From: a virus
DNA length: 64,000 bases
Virus genome (UHGV): UHGV-1383976
Strand: one strand, 5' to 3'
The position numbers and the translations under genes are program-made. Below, in pieces: positions 1 to 9,966 of this stretch (positions are counted from its first letter, which is position 1; each line of letters begins with the position of its first letter). The notes below the pieces were generated by a model. The model ran no database searches, was not told the origin of the DNA, and was given only the letters and a program-made list of their open reading frames with translations.

Positions 1-2891
1 CCGCATCTCCTGTCAGTGAACCGATGAGTTTTACGACTTCCGCTTCATCTATAATCATTCCGACTGGCTCAATACCCTTGAGCTGGTCGGGCGCGACCGC
101 TGGCGTCAATAATGCTATAAATAAATATAAGATTTTTTGGAAAGCGGGAAGTGCTCCAACAGCCATATCATTTGATGATAGTGCCGAAATAACAAATCCC
201 TCTGCAACATCTTATACAATAAAACTTAGTTTAGATAATACAAGTCGAGGAAAAACCATTTACACCGCGATTCAAACCTGCGGCGAAATGGGCATCAATT
301 ATGATTCTAACCTAAAGAGTGGCCCTTCCGTAAAAATAAACTCGCTACCCGCCGCGCCGATTCTTTCAGCTACAAATGTCAAATTGCCTTCAACTGCTGG
401 CGCGTATAGCGTACAAGTTTCAGCGGGATCTGATGCCGATTCTTCTCAAACTGTAAAAGTTCGTCAAGGAGCTAGCGGCGCGCTTCAAACCAGTGGCTCT
501 CAATTTTCGATTGATTCTGCGGGGGCTTTCACATTTTATTCAAATGATGGACTTGAAAATTCAGTTTCGGGTTCAACGCTTACAATAACTCGTAATGTAG
601 AGCCAAAAGTAAATAATTTTACAACGGCTTTTTCTGCGTCAACTAATACGAATGATAAGTCAATTTCGACAGCAAAATTTACTGATACAACTAAGAAATT
701 GACTGCAGCAAAATGGTATATTCGCTCCGCAGAAGAAAAAGTGAATGTGCTAAGTGCTACTTCAGAAGAAATTATTTCTGGAACTGTTTCAAATACGTCA
801 AATAGTTCAACCCTCACTCTTATAATAGACCCATTAGCACAAAATCCCATTGTAAGCCCCGGCTATTATTATCAAATTGGCGTGCGGCTCAAAGACGAAT
901 ATGAATATACCGCAATCAAATGGTCTGGAACTGAGGCAGCGCAAATTTATGGCAAGCTTCCAGATAATATTAGTGTTCCTACTATACAAAAAACTGACAC
1001 GTTAGATGCAAGCTTAACTGGCGATTATTCAGTTTATTATCGTAATCCTCAAATCAAGTTGGAATGGACAGCACCAGATAGCTTTCCTACAGGCTTATCT
1101 TCTTTATGGTATTCAATTTTTTACTCAATAGATGCAGGTAATTCTTGGAAACAATGGGGTAGTATGCAGCTGTGTACGGCTAAACAAAAATATACTTCTA
1201 CAATTGATTTCTCTAATGCTGGCCGTGGAGATTTCTTAGCTAAAGTTATCGTATATGATAAAAAAGACGGCAGTAATCAGAAAGTTGAATCAAGTCTTTC
1301 AAACAAACTGTTTTATTCGCCTGATCCCCAATGGATTGGAAATTTTACTCCGACGTTAACATATAGCAAGACTTACACAGATGGGCGTAACTATGTTCGT
1401 CCAAATTCAAGCGCAGTCAGCGAAAAGGCTTTGTCTTTGTCTATCCCCTATCCCGGCACGATTTGTACTACTCTTCAAACCAATGCTGCGGATTTACGTT
1501 ATTCCATCTTACTTTATCGAGAGGATATCTCGCAAGGCCAAGAGCTTCGTTCAATTAGGAAAGTCAGTGGAACTGAGAATGGGCCATTAGGCACAAACAT
1601 TACTTATGAAGACTTACAGTCACTTTACACAGTTCTTTTTGGAACTGAGGCTGAAAGAATTGGCCCTTACAGTATGTCAATTGTTGTGCGGTTTTATGAT
1701 GCTTTTGGCCAATCCATTGACACAACGCGAATGGGATTTGTCATTGATTTTCGTGAAAAACCGAAACAAATTACAAACCTCAAAATAGGGCGTGATGGTG
1801 TTATCTCAAATGACTATGCCGCAGTTGCTGCGAAAAAGAGTAGTAACACAGTCTTCTTTCCGAGTGATAGTGCAAGCGATGCTGACAAATCTATTTTGGC
1901 AGGTGAGCACCTGATAATTGCTTTTCAGAAGCCTGCGCTGAGCTATGCCGCACAAGTGATTGGGCAATACATTTTTACATTGTATAGTGGAGATAATGTA
2001 ATATATACCTATCAAACCTCTAATTTAATTTCAGGTTCAATCTATGGCGAATCTGCAATGAGTTGTGTTACAATTCCAACATTGAATTTTGTCAGCTCAG
2101 CCGCAACTTTTTCCGTCAAAATTAGGCAGCAAGATGGCCAGTCTTATAATGATAATATTAGTATTGAAAGTGCTAGTAGCAATTCTTTATGCGGTGGTGC
2201 ACTTGAACAACCGTCAATAGGCTTTCAAATACCAGACATTACGTCTGATGGGAGCAAACTAAAAGTTGTTTATACTGCAAATACAGCTACTCTAAGCTGG
2301 AGTGGAGTTCAAGGCAATTATAATGCTTACTTGCGCGAAATGGAGTATAGCGGAGTTAGCTATTCTCCTTCTTGTAAAATAACTTTACAATTTAGTGCAG
2401 ATAATAATTTTACATCTTCAGAAGAAATTATATTGGCGTCAAGTTCAACATCTTATAATTTGAAGTCTGGCAATGGCACGCAATCTGTCAGTTTAAGTGG
2501 CAAGTGTTTTGTTCGCCTCAAAGTTGAGTATAATACAGGGCTAAGGCTCAATGGTACAGCACTTACAACAAATCAAGTTGTTATTTATACCGCAACTCAA
2601 ATTTATTTCAGCGAAGCTCCAACTGTAAGCTATCGTCAAAATAGCGTTGGTATAAATTGCGTACCAGATAATAATAATGCCTTCAAAGTATCAATGACGC
2701 AAAACAATAATTTGATTACTTTTGATGGTTATGGATATGATGCAAATAACGACTTGATTACTCATTCAATTACTTTCGATCTTGCTAATGGTCAAATAAT
2801 CTCAACTAATTTTATGGCAACGACTGATGATATAGATGATATCTGTAATAGTGAGTTCGTCAATGCACGTGATTTGCATACTAAAATTTGA
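1..2891 (+). CDS. Very large structural protein (tail fibre or Ig-like surface protein candidate). Probably 5'-truncated by the window edge.
   Basis: The ORF track gives 24..2891 (955 aa). There is no in-frame stop between position 1 and 24 and no Shine-Dalgarno before the ATG at 24, so the gene likely starts upstream. The protein is Ser/Thr/Asn-rich and repetitive, typical of phage fibre or decoration proteins. Confidence 0.5.
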   Translation, partial: ASPVSEPMSFTTSASSIIIPTGSIPLSWSGATAGVNNAINKYKIFWKAGSAPTAISFDDSAEITNPSATSYTIKLSLDNTSRGKTIYTAIQTCGEMGINYDSNLKSGPSVKINSLPAAPILSATNVKLPSTAGAYSVQVSAGSDADSSQTVKVRQGASGALQTSGSQFSIDSAGAFTFYSNDGLENSVSGSTLTITRNVEPKVNNFTTAFSASTNTNDKSISTAKFTDTTKKLTAAKWYIRSAEEKVNVLSATSEEIISGTVSNTSNSSTLTLIIDPLAQNPIVSPGYYYQIGVRLKDEYEYTAIKWSGTEAAQIYGKLPDNISVPTIQKTDTLDASLTGDYSVYYRNPQIKLEWTAPDSFPTGLSSLWYSIFYSIDAGNSWKQWGSMQLCTAKQKYTSTIDFSNAGRGDFLAKVIVYDKKDGSNQKVESSLSNKLFYSPDPQWIGNFTPTLTYSKTYTDGRNYVRPNSSAVSEKALSLSIPYPGTICTTLQTNAADLRYSILLYREDISQGQELRSIRKVSGTENGPLGTNITYEDLQSLYTVLFGTEAERIGPYSMSIVVRFYDAFGQSIDTTRMGFVIDFREKPKQITNLKIGRDGVISNDYAAVAAKKSSNTVFFPSDSASDADKSILAGEHLIIAFQKPALSYAAQVIGQYIFTLYSGDNVIYTYQTSNLISGSIYGESAMSCVTIPTLNFVSSAATFSVKIRQQDGQSYNDNISIESASSNSLCGGALEQPSIGFQIPDITSDGSKLKVVYTANTATLSWSGVQGNYNAYLREMEYSGVSYSPSCKITLQFSADNNFTSSEEIILASSSTSYNLKSGNGTQSVSLSGKCFVRLKVEYNTGLRLNGTALTTNQVVIYTATQIYFSEAPTVSYRQNSVGINCVPDNNNAFKVSMTQNNNLITFDGYGYDANNDLITHSITFDLANGQIISTNFMATTDDIDDICNSEFVNARDLHTKI

Positions 2892-2945
2892 CTTTTTACT
2901 TCTTTTATGTTATACTATTTATATATAGAGTAAAGGAGGAATAGT

Positions 2946-3326
2946 ATGTATCTGTCTGAAGTAATACAATTTCAAACTGTATATAATACACTTGCTGAAA
3001 TAAAACTTCCATTCAAAATTGCCTATAAGCTAAACAAAATAAACGAAGAAGCTCAAAAAGAGGCTGAGTGGTATAACAAAGAGTTTGATGCAATTTTGAA
3101 TGAATATGGAATGAAAGATGAGGATGGCCATTTCGTGCGGGCTAATGATGGAATGTCAATAAAAATACAAGATGGTCGCGAAAACGAATGTCAAGCAAAA
3201 ATACAGGAACTCGCACGAGTTAATGTTGAACTTAAATCGCCAAAGCTCACAATGGATGATTTGTCGCAAATGGACGCCGAGCTAACTGTGCGCGAAGTCG
3301 CAATTCTAATGAATTTCATAGAATAA
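2946..3326 (+). CDS. Hypothetical protein
   Basis: 126-aa ORF with a strong RBS (AAGGAGG) 7 nt upstream. A rho-independent terminator follows. Confidence 0.5.
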   Translation: MYLSEVIQFQTVYNTLAEIKLPFKIAYKLNKINEEAQKEAEWYNKEFDAILNEYGMKDEDGHFVRANDGMSIKIQDGRENECQAKIQELARVNVELKSPKLTMDDLSQMDAELTVREVAILMNFIE

Positions 3327-3334
3327 ATAAAAAG

Positions 3335-3368
3335 TCCCGAAGAGGCATAATGCTTCTTCGGGATTTGT
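3335..3368 (+). terminator. Rho-independent terminator
   Basis: GC-rich hairpin tcccgaagaggc...gcttcttcggga followed by a T-rich tract. Confidence 0.6.
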
Positions 3369-3493
3369 GCATTTTGTTCAGTTTATTCTGAGATAATTGA
3401 GTAAATTGCTGAATTTCCTTTACGCTTACCAATAAAATGTCTAATAAGTCCACTAGTGCTACTTCCATATGAAGAAACAAAGGAGGTAGTAAA

Positions 3494-3841
3494 ATGAATC
3501 CTTTTCAAACCAATACCGTGCAGCCACAAAATAGATTTACGCCATCTATGTTTATGACGCCGCAAGGTAATGTTTATGTCATTGATAGCCCACTTGAAGT
3601 AGCCAATGTTCCTATGGGGACGGGTTTATCTGTCGCAATTTGTCCTAATGAAAGTCTTATGTATCTCAAGATGTATCAAAATGGTGCGCCATCAATTACG
3701 GCTTATAAACTCGCTCCCTATGAACAGCCAACTGGCAATAGTAATTTAGACAAAGTTCTACAAAACATAACTGATAGACTTGACAAAATTGAAAAATCTC
3801 TTTTACCTAAAAAGGAGGAAAAAATAAATGACCTTCTCTAA
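3494..3841 (+). CDS. Hypothetical protein
   Basis: 115-aa ORF with RBS AAGGAGG upstream. Overlaps the next ORF by 14 nt. Confidence 0.45.
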   Translation: MNPFQTNTVQPQNRFTPSMFMTPQGNVYVIDSPLEVANVPMGTGLSVAICPNESLMYLKMYQNGAPSITAYKLAPYEQPTGNSNLDKVLQNITDRLDKIEKSLLPKKEEKINDLL

Positions 3842-4067
3842 TCCTTTACAGACACTTATGCAGATGGGAAGAGGCTCAATGATGAACGCTCTTCCCAATA
3901 TACAAAAACCAGCTCAAAATCCCCCGATAAATATACAACAATTGAAACAAGCACTCCCGCAACTCACTAAAGAAAATTATGCGCAATTGGTTTCTCAGGC
4001 CCGCGCGCAAGGAATTAGTGAGCAAGACATTGAGTCAGGACTCAATTTTCTTTTACAATTAAATTGA
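3828..4067 (+). CDS. Hypothetical protein
   Basis: 79-aa ORF with RBS AAGGAGG upstream. Translationally coupled to the previous ORF. Confidence 0.4.
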   Translation: MTFSNPLQTLMQMGRGSMMNALPNIQKPAQNPPINIQQLKQALPQLTKENYAQLVSQARAQGISEQDIESGLNFLLQLN

Positions 4068-4121
4068 TTTACGTCCGGGGTAAGTCAATTTATATTATAA
4101 ATTTTTAGGAGGTTTTTTGTA

Positions 4122-4820
4122 ATGAACGAAGGACTTAGTGCTAGCGATATTCTCGCTTTGACACGTGATAACGATGATGGTATGAATAATGCTTGGAATA
4201 ACCCTTTTATTTATCTTGTTTGGTTGGCATTGTTAGGTGGCAATGGCGGACTTTTTGGCCGTCGTGATGACTGCGCAACGCAAGGCGCAATAACTCGTTC
4301 CGACCTGTTCGAAGGTTTCAACAACCAAGATGTAAATGGCCAACTTCGCGGTATTACTAATGGTATATGTGATGGCTTTTATGCTATCAATAGCGAGATG
4401 AAAGATGGCTTCTATGGCAACCAAGCCACAATCAAAGATGGCTTTTATTCCACTCAAGCAGCGCTTGCTGAAAACAGATTTGCTCAGCAGCAATGCTGCT
4501 GTGAGACGAACCGCAATATTGACAACGTTCGCTCCGAAGCCTATAAGAATACTTGTGAAATTACCACCGCAATTCATAATGAAGGTGAAGCAACTCGTGC
4601 TCTCATAACCGCAAATACAATGCAAGAACTCCGTGATAAGCTCGCTGATCGCGACAGAGATTTGCTTTATGCAAACTTCCAGAACTCTCAGCAGCTCCAG
4701 AACGCATATTTAGTCGATACTTTGCGTCCTGTTAGTAGACCTGCATATATTACCTGCAGTCCATATCAATCTGTTAACTCTTGTGGTACATCTAGCTGCG
4801 GCTGTGGCTATGGCATTTGA
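4122..4820 (+). CDS. Hypothetical protein with Cys-rich segments
   Basis: 232-aa ORF with RBS TAGGAGG. Contains QQCCCE and a C-terminal CGTSSCGCGYG cluster. Confidence 0.5.
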   Translation: MNEGLSASDILALTRDNDDGMNNAWNNPFIYLVWLALLGGNGGLFGRRDDCATQGAITRSDLFEGFNNQDVNGQLRGITNGICDGFYAINSEMKDGFYGNQATIKDGFYSTQAALAENRFAQQQCCCETNRNIDNVRSEAYKNTCEITTAIHNEGEATRALITANTMQELRDKLADRDRDLLYANFQNSQQLQNAYLVDTLRPVSRPAYITCSPYQSVNSCGTSSCGCGYGI

Positions 4821-4864
4821 GCCAACTCACCGTGAGTACATATCCGTATCAGGGGTGAAACTAA

Positions 4865-5281
4865 ATGGTAGATAGTTATAATATTCAATCTCAAACTGTT
4901 GATGTAAATGGCTTACTTACATTTCCTATCAATTCCATATTGACAGGCTGTACCGTTAGCCATACAGCAGGTAGCACAACATTCTCACTCAATAAGCCCG
5001 GACTTTATTTTGTATCATTCAATGCTGTCGGTACAATTTCAGGTGCTACTGCTGGTGCGATAACCGTTCAACTCCAGAATAATGGCACAGCAGTTCCGGG
5101 TGCGCTTAGCTCAGACACATCCGCATCAACAACTGACGTTCGTAATCTTTCCTTCACAAAAGTAATTCGAGTCAATCCATCTTGCTGTGCGGTCAATAAT
5201 CAAGCTAATCTGACATTTGTAAATGCAGGGCTTGGCGCGATTTACACCAATGCTAACGTGGTAATTACCAAGCTAGCGTAA
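4865..5281 (+). CDS. Hypothetical protein (possible virion protein)
   Basis: 138-aa ORF, Thr/Ser/Ala/Gly-rich and beta-rich. Confidence 0.45.
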   Translation: MVDSYNIQSQTVDVNGLLTFPINSILTGCTVSHTAGSTTFSLNKPGLYFVSFNAVGTISGATAGAITVQLQNNGTAVPGALSSDTSASTTDVRNLSFTKVIRVNPSCCAVNNQANLTFVNAGLGAIYTNANVVITKLA

Positions 5282-5290
5282 GGAGGCAAT

Positions 5291-5593
5291 ATGGTAAAAT
5301 ATAAAGCGCTTTATAAAGCTATGTATGATGACTTGAAAGATAGTGAAATGATGATTTGCTATGCTGATGAAATTCGTGAAAATAAAGAAGACGCGGCTTT
5401 GGCCGATGTTATAGCTAAGTATGCGCAATACCGTCTGAATCATTTTATGGAATTTCATAAGTTGTTTGAGAATGAAGCATCAAAAGAACCACAAGTCAAT
5501 GCCGAATCGGTAGCCTATTGTATGTGGGATACAACCCATGAAATGATGATGGAATGGTATGGTTCCATCAAACAAAAAATAGAAAAATTCTAA
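5291..5593 (+). CDS. Hypothetical protein
   Basis: 100-aa ORF with RBS AAGGAGG. A bidirectional terminator lies at its end. Confidence 0.5.
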   Translation: MVKYKALYKAMYDDLKDSEMMICYADEIRENKEDAALADVIAKYAQYRLNHFMEFHKLFENEASKEPQVNAESVAYCMWDTTHEMMMEWYGSIKQKIEKF

Positions 5594-5600
5594 TTTTGGA

Positions 5601-5632
5601 AGAGGAGCGTAATGCTCCTCTTTTTTATTCCC
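5601..5632. terminator. Bidirectional rho-independent terminator between convergent genes
   Basis: Hairpin agaggagcgtaatgctcctct followed by TTTTTT, located between the + strand block and the - strand gene ending at 5625. Confidence 0.6.
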
Positions 5633-6368
5633 AAGAAATCATTTTTCGGTTTGGCGCACACTGCCGGACAGCATAAGTCCCAATTCCTATCGCGTCAGCC
5701 TCATCTTCGCTAACGGAAACATCATACCATTGCTTTGCTAATAAACGCATAGAACTTTTTCGGTCACTCCTCGTGCGCCCTTTGACTCCGCACTCTTGGC
5801 GCCAAACCCCTGTATGGCATAAAGTGTAAGCAATTCCTAACTCAAAGCAACACTCAATCAAAATTCCCTGAAGCCACGCGAGTTGTTGAAATACATCAAC
5901 ACCCATCGTGCGCTTACCTTCACTTTCATTCTGAAGTTGAATGTTCTCTAAGGCCACTAAATCTGGCTGCCAATTATAAAGCATATTGACGAGCCAAACT
6001 TTTACAGCATTGCTGCGCGCAATTGTATCGGGCAATTGTGTTTGATAAGTTCCATATTTGATAAGCTCTTTGTCATCAAAAATTGAAAATCCGGTAATAT
6101 GTGTCGCTTGGTCGAGAGCGAGCACACGAAAAATATTTTTCTTTTTTGGAACAATTTTAGATGTTGCAGCCTCTGTTTTATATACATTAGCTTCACACGT
6201 CGGGCATATGCGTTTTGCACGAAGTTTTTTCCAAGGTGCAAATACGGCATGACCTTCGGGACATTCAAACCGCATTTCTGTTTCAAGATTGGTATATGTA
6301 TCGCTTACGACTTTCCAGCCGTCTTGCTCTAATTCTTCTCTAATTGAATCTAGCGAAATTTTTGCCAT
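5625..6368 (-). CDS. RuvC-like Holliday junction resolvase with N-terminal zinc-finger region
   Basis: The motif RVLALDQATHITGFSIFD resembles the RuvC N-terminal catalytic Asp motif. N-terminal CxxC...CPTC. Acidic residues lie downstream. Confidence 0.45.
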   Translation of the reverse strand: MAKISLDSIREELEQDGWKVVSDTYTNLETEMRFECPEGHAVFAPWKKLRAKRICPTCEANVYKTEAATSKIVPKKKNIFRVLALDQATHITGFSIFDDKELIKYGTYQTQLPDTIARSNAVKVWLVNMLYNWQPDLVALENIQLQNESEGKRTMGVDVFQQLAWLQGILIECCFELGIAYTLCHTGVWRQECGVKGRTRSDRKSSMRLLAKQWYDVSVSEDEADAIGIGTYAVRQCAPNRKMISWE

Positions 6369-7312
6369 TAGAACTTTCCAGTAGAACCGAAACCGCCCTG
6401 ACGGTCTTCCGCTCCATAAAGAGTTATATCATTTACTTCTTGCCAGCTTATTTTAGGAATTTCGGCAAGAACTAACTGGGCGATTTTTTGACCTTTTGTT
6501 ATGTAGACAGGTGAACCATGGAGAATTGATGTGATGATAGGGTGATGAGTTTCATTATCAAAATCATACGCTATGTCTTTGATCGCTGGCTCATTATTTT
6601 CGAGGATTATGCCAATCTCATCATGGAATCCTTCATCAACTGTGCCTATTCCATTCGCAACACGCATATGGGTGCGAGCTGACAGACCAGACTTTGCGCG
6701 CACTTGTATTTCATAGCCTTTTGGTAAAGCCACTCTCAAGCCCGTTGGAATTATTTTGATTTCGCCGGGGTCAATCGTATAATCGTCGAGTGCAAATACG
6801 TCAAGGCCACTGTCAGTTGTATGAGCATATTCAGGAAGTTTTACTTCATCAGACAATCGCTGTATAGGCACACTTACAACACGACGTGCAATTCGCTCAT
6901 TTTCACCAAGCGCATTTGCAACTATACCAAGAATGGATTTGAAGAAATCTATTTTGATTTGAGAAACTTTGCCATCCAAATTGGTTTGGAGTCTTTCTGC
7001 AATGTCGGCCAGTTCATCTATCATATCTTCAGCCGCGACACCTTGAATTGAAAGGTTCTGCGCAATACCAAGCTGAATCTGTGGGTCTTTGAAAGATGTG
7101 TAGAAATTCTCTAGTACATCTGCAGCAATTACCATAAATTTCTCATCATCAAGACTCATCAGACTCGAAAACGCTTTGACGTATTCATCAGCTTCATCAT
7201 CGTCAATCAGATTTCCAAAGAAGAAAGAAAAGGCTTCGCGCAAGGTCTGTTCGACGTCTATTTCTTCAGGCATTTCAATCGGCTGGCCTGAAATATCTAC
7301 TATATCACTCAT
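6368..7312 (-). CDS. dut: dUTP diphosphatase (trimeric dUTPase) with long N-terminal extension
   Basis: The C-terminal half carries dUTPase motifs (AKSGLSAR, GTVDEGFHDEIGIIL). About 170 aa of N-terminal sequence have unknown function. Confidence 0.7.
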   Translation of the reverse strand: MSDIVDISGQPIEMPEEIDVEQTLREAFSFFFGNLIDDDEADEYVKAFSSLMSLDDEKFMVIAADVLENFYTSFKDPQIQLGIAQNLSIQGVAAEDMIDELADIAERLQTNLDGKVSQIKIDFFKSILGIVANALGENERIARRVVSVPIQRLSDEVKLPEYAHTTDSGLDVFALDDYTIDPGEIKIIPTGLRVALPKGYEIQVRAKSGLSARTHMRVANGIGTVDEGFHDEIGIILENNEPAIKDIAYDFDNETHHPIITSILHGSPVYITKGQKIAQLVLAEIPKISWQEVNDITLYGAEDRQGGFGSTGKF

Positions 7313-7530
7313 TCAAGTCCCTCCCATATGGTGCTATATACCATTGTACAAGAAACAACTTCGCAACTGTCAATTATTTCGCCCTTAGACTTCTTATCTT
7401 TGTGAGTGTAGCCGCACTTGGCTATCTGATAACCTCTCTCGCGAGCTTCAGTGCGAAACTTTTCCATCAAATCCTTTGCTTCGTTTTCACTTTCGACTCT
7501 ATATTCCTTAGTTTCTTTGAGCAGTATCAT
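7309..7530 (-). CDS. Hypothetical small protein
   Basis: 73-aa ORF translationally coupled (ATGA overlap) with dut. Confidence 0.4.
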   Translation of the reverse strand: MILLKETKEYRVESENEAKDLMEKFRTEARERGYQIAKCGYTHKDKKSKGEIIDSCEVVSCTMVYSTIWEGLE

Positions 7531-7621
7531 TTTATTTCTCCTTTATCCAATACATATAGAAAGGACTTCCTTTCTTTTTATAATATAATTATACCACAAA
7601 AAGATAAGGAAGTCAAATTTT

Positions 7622-8908
7622 TCAATCTTTATTTTTCAAAACCAGATTGAGAATTATACCAGCCATAAGAGCAAGTGCAGTAGCAGAAATTGAGAAATCA
7701 GTTCCACCAATAGCAAGGCCGCTTATACCGAGAGAAAGAACCGCCGAAACAATTATCAGATTCTTTTGTCCATTCAGATCAACTTGTTGAAGCATCTTTA
7801 TACCACTACAAGCAATAAAACCATAGAGAACAATAGCTGCACCAGCAAAAACACAAGCTGGGATTGAACTGATAAAAGCTTGAACCGGAACGAAAAACCC
7901 CATAAGTATTAGAATAAGAGCGGCTGTCCCACTAACCTTAGCTGAAGCTACTTTACTAAAGCCCACACACGCGACGCCCTCTCCATAAGAGCAAGCGCCA
8001 AGTCCACCAAGTAAACCACTAACAGCATTTGCAAGTCCTTCACCAGCGAAGATGCGGTTAAGGCCGGGCTTCTGATATAGGTCAATACCAATTATGCCGC
8101 CAAGAGCAGCATGGTCGCTAAGGGCCTCCATCATTGCACTTATTGTATAAGCAATAAACAAAAATATCAAAGGAATAAGCTGTGGCAATTCAATGAATTT
8201 GTACCAATTGACATGAGAGATAGCGAGGTCAGGCAAAGCAAAAAGTCTCATATTTTCAAAAATACTAAAATCTACAACAGGAAAAATATTTGTAATTGTA
8301 AGCGCAACCGCATAAGTATAACCAACTAAAGTGCCAAGCAGAAACGGGAGAATCTTTATAATTCCTTTTGCATAATGTGAAAACAGTGCAATTGCTATCA
8401 TTGTGATGATAGCTATACTAACACCCCACATATTAGTTTCGCCATTTATCTGAACATAAGTCAAGATAAAAGGCATAAGATTAATACCTATAACAACCGT
8501 GACCGCGCCGATCAATGATTTGGGGAAAATTTTATATATATTTTCAACGGGAACACGACTAAAGATAAGACCAAAAATTGTATAAACAACCCAAATTACA
8601 AAACAACCAATAATTGCACCTTCATAACCACAAGAAGCAAGTGCAATTAGGATAGGAGCGACGAAAGCACCAGAATTCGAGATGAACATCGGAGACTGGC
8701 CTTTTGTTATAAGAATATAGGCCAAAGTACCGCAACCCGCGCCGACAAGTGCACCAGATATGGCAACGCCGCAAATATTGGCAATAAGCACTGTTGCCAC
8801 AAAAACTGATAACATCATCTGAATGGCAAACAGAATCAGCTTGCCAAAAGGAATTCTATCTCCAAGTGAATAAATCATTCGTGAGTCGCCTCCCAGTCTT
8901 GAAGCCAT
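7622..8908 (-). CDS. Nucleobase:cation symporter (NCS2 / xanthine-uracil permease family)
   Basis: 428 aa with about 12 predicted TM segments. N-terminal GKLILFAIQMMLSVFVATVLIA resembles the NCS2 signature region of uracil/xanthine permeases. Confidence 0.65.
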   Translation of the reverse strand: MASRLGGDSRMIYSLGDRIPFGKLILFAIQMMLSVFVATVLIANICGVAISGALVGAGCGTLAYILITKGQSPMFISNSGAFVAPILIALASCGYEGAIIGCFVIWVVYTIFGLIFSRVPVENIYKIFPKSLIGAVTVVIGINLMPFILTYVQINGETNMWGVSIAIITMIAIALFSHYAKGIIKILPFLLGTLVGYTYAVALTITNIFPVVDFSIFENMRLFALPDLAISHVNWYKFIELPQLIPLIFLFIAYTISAMMEALSDHAALGGIIGIDLYQKPGLNRIFAGEGLANAVSGLLGGLGACSYGEGVACVGFSKVASAKVSGTAALILILMGFFVPVQAFISSIPACVFAGAAIVLYGFIACSGIKMLQQVDLNGQKNLIIVSAVLSLGISGLAIGGTDFSISATALALMAGIILNLVLKNKD

Positions 8909-9432
8909 TTTATTACGTCTTCAATATTATCCACTAAAACGCCACCTTGTTTAATAAGGCCAACAGTATAAAGGTTCTGATAACAAAACTGACTCTCACC
9001 AATATCAAGACGCATTATTTCGGCTTTGGCGTCATTGTATGTGCGACTTGCCATACGACTATCGGTACAAATACCGATAATCATTTTCTTGTCTCCGCGC
9101 GTGATCTTTTCGTGAAATTTGCCAATTTCTGCACTTGTTCCAGAAGGAATCACATCGCCATCAATGCAAGCAACAAGGACATCAGTTTCATCCAAGCGCG
9201 CATTATCTCCATCCGCAATCTGCCAAGAGCTTGCACATTTTGTTTTATCATTTATTTCTTTATTTTCCAGAGGATTATAGAGGTTGATTCCGGGAATAGC
9301 ATCACGAATTTGTGCGCTCCATTTCTCATTTCTCATTCTATCTCCTTCACAAAAGATTGGCCCCGCCAAATAAACATTCATTCGTCTATATCCTCCAAAT
9401 AAATTATTTTTTTCTCTAATTGCTTTGCCCAT
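8875..9432 (-). CDS. Nucleoside 2-deoxyribosyltransferase family protein (NDT/Rcl-like)
   Basis: The motif VYLAGPIF resembles the YFGAGWF motif of NDT enzymes, and GTSAEIGKF is a nucleophile Glu motif. Confidence 0.55.
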   Translation of the reverse strand: MGKAIREKNNLFGGYRRMNVYLAGPIFCEGDRMRNEKWSAQIRDAIPGINLYNPLENKEINDKTKCASSWQIADGDNARLDETDVLVACIDGDVIPSGTSAEIGKFHEKITRGDKKMIIGICTDSRMASRTYNDAKAEIMRLDIGESQFCYQNLYTVGLIKQGGVLVDNIEDVIKWLQDWEATHE

Positions 9433-9779
9433 TCAATTTCACGTTTTGTGGATTCACCAATATAGCCATTCTTGTTTATTACAAAAATCATATCAGACAT
9501 TGAAATTTTAGCTAGATGCATACGGTCGAGCTGTTGTTTTTCTTTCTCTGTCATTGTATCACCGTAATGCCCATAAATCTCAGGACTTAGGACAATATAG
9601 CCTGCAATTGTAAATTCTTTGCGATATTGCTGAAACAAAGGAAGAAACTTAGTACTGCCACACAATGTAATAATGGGAAACTCATTTTGGTAGTTCCGCA
9701 CTAAAATTTTATTAGTTATTTGTTGTCCCACATTCATCCTCGATTCCCATTGCTGCACTAGCTGCTTTATAGCCCTCAA
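9378..9779 (-). CDS. NDT-superfamily-like small protein
   Basis: 133 aa. PIITLCGSTKF and IGESTKREIEWA resemble the NDT/DUF4406-type fold. The match is weaker than for the neighbouring gene. Confidence 0.35.
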   Translation of the reverse strand: MRAIKQLVQQWESRMNVGQQITNKILVRNYQNEFPIITLCGSTKFLPLFQQYRKEFTIAGYIVLSPEIYGHYGDTMTEKEKQQLDRMHLAKISMSDMIFVINKNGYIGESTKREIEWAKQLEKKIIYLEDIDE

Positions 9780-9966
9780 TATAGCCCATTGTATGTTCTT
9801 TATTCAGCCTTTCTTGAATATTCTTATAAACTTGCGGGAATAAACTTGCTATCACAAACTCAAAAGAAAGTTCAAGCTCATCTGTGTTTCCATTATACGT
9901 TTTTTCTACTTGCTCAATTACTCGTTTTATGTGCGTGAATCGAACCTTATCTAAATTTTCGTCCAT
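9712..9966 (-). CDS. Hypothetical small protein
   Basis: 84-aa ORF that overlaps its neighbours. Confidence 0.3.
   Translation of the reverse strand: MDENLDKVRFTHIKRVIEQVEKTYNGNTDELELSFEFVIASLFPQVYKNIQERLNKEHTMGYIEGYKAASAAMGIEDECGTTNN

Noticed and set aside
536-2015. Several minus/plus-strand ORFs (536..850, 1381..1590, 1606..1788, 1806..2015) inside the 955-aa structural gene.
   Set aside because: Fully embedded in, or antisense to, a long well-supported ORF. No RBS. Composition typical of out-of-frame translation.
4233-4625. Antisense 130-aa ORF and a 67-aa same-strand ORF inside the CDS 4122..4820.
   Set aside because: Overlap a gene with a good RBS and lack their own start context. Most likely spurious.
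6002-6332. Three overlapping ORFs (6002..6286 -, 6058..6252 +, 6099..6332 +) within the RuvC-like gene.
   Set aside because: Nested in a larger ORF that has recognisable catalytic motifs. Low-complexity Phe/Cys-rich products.
8111-9402. Plus-strand ORFs (8111..8329, 8947..9402) antisense to the permease and NDT genes.
   Set aside because: Antisense to genes with clear family signatures. No RBS.
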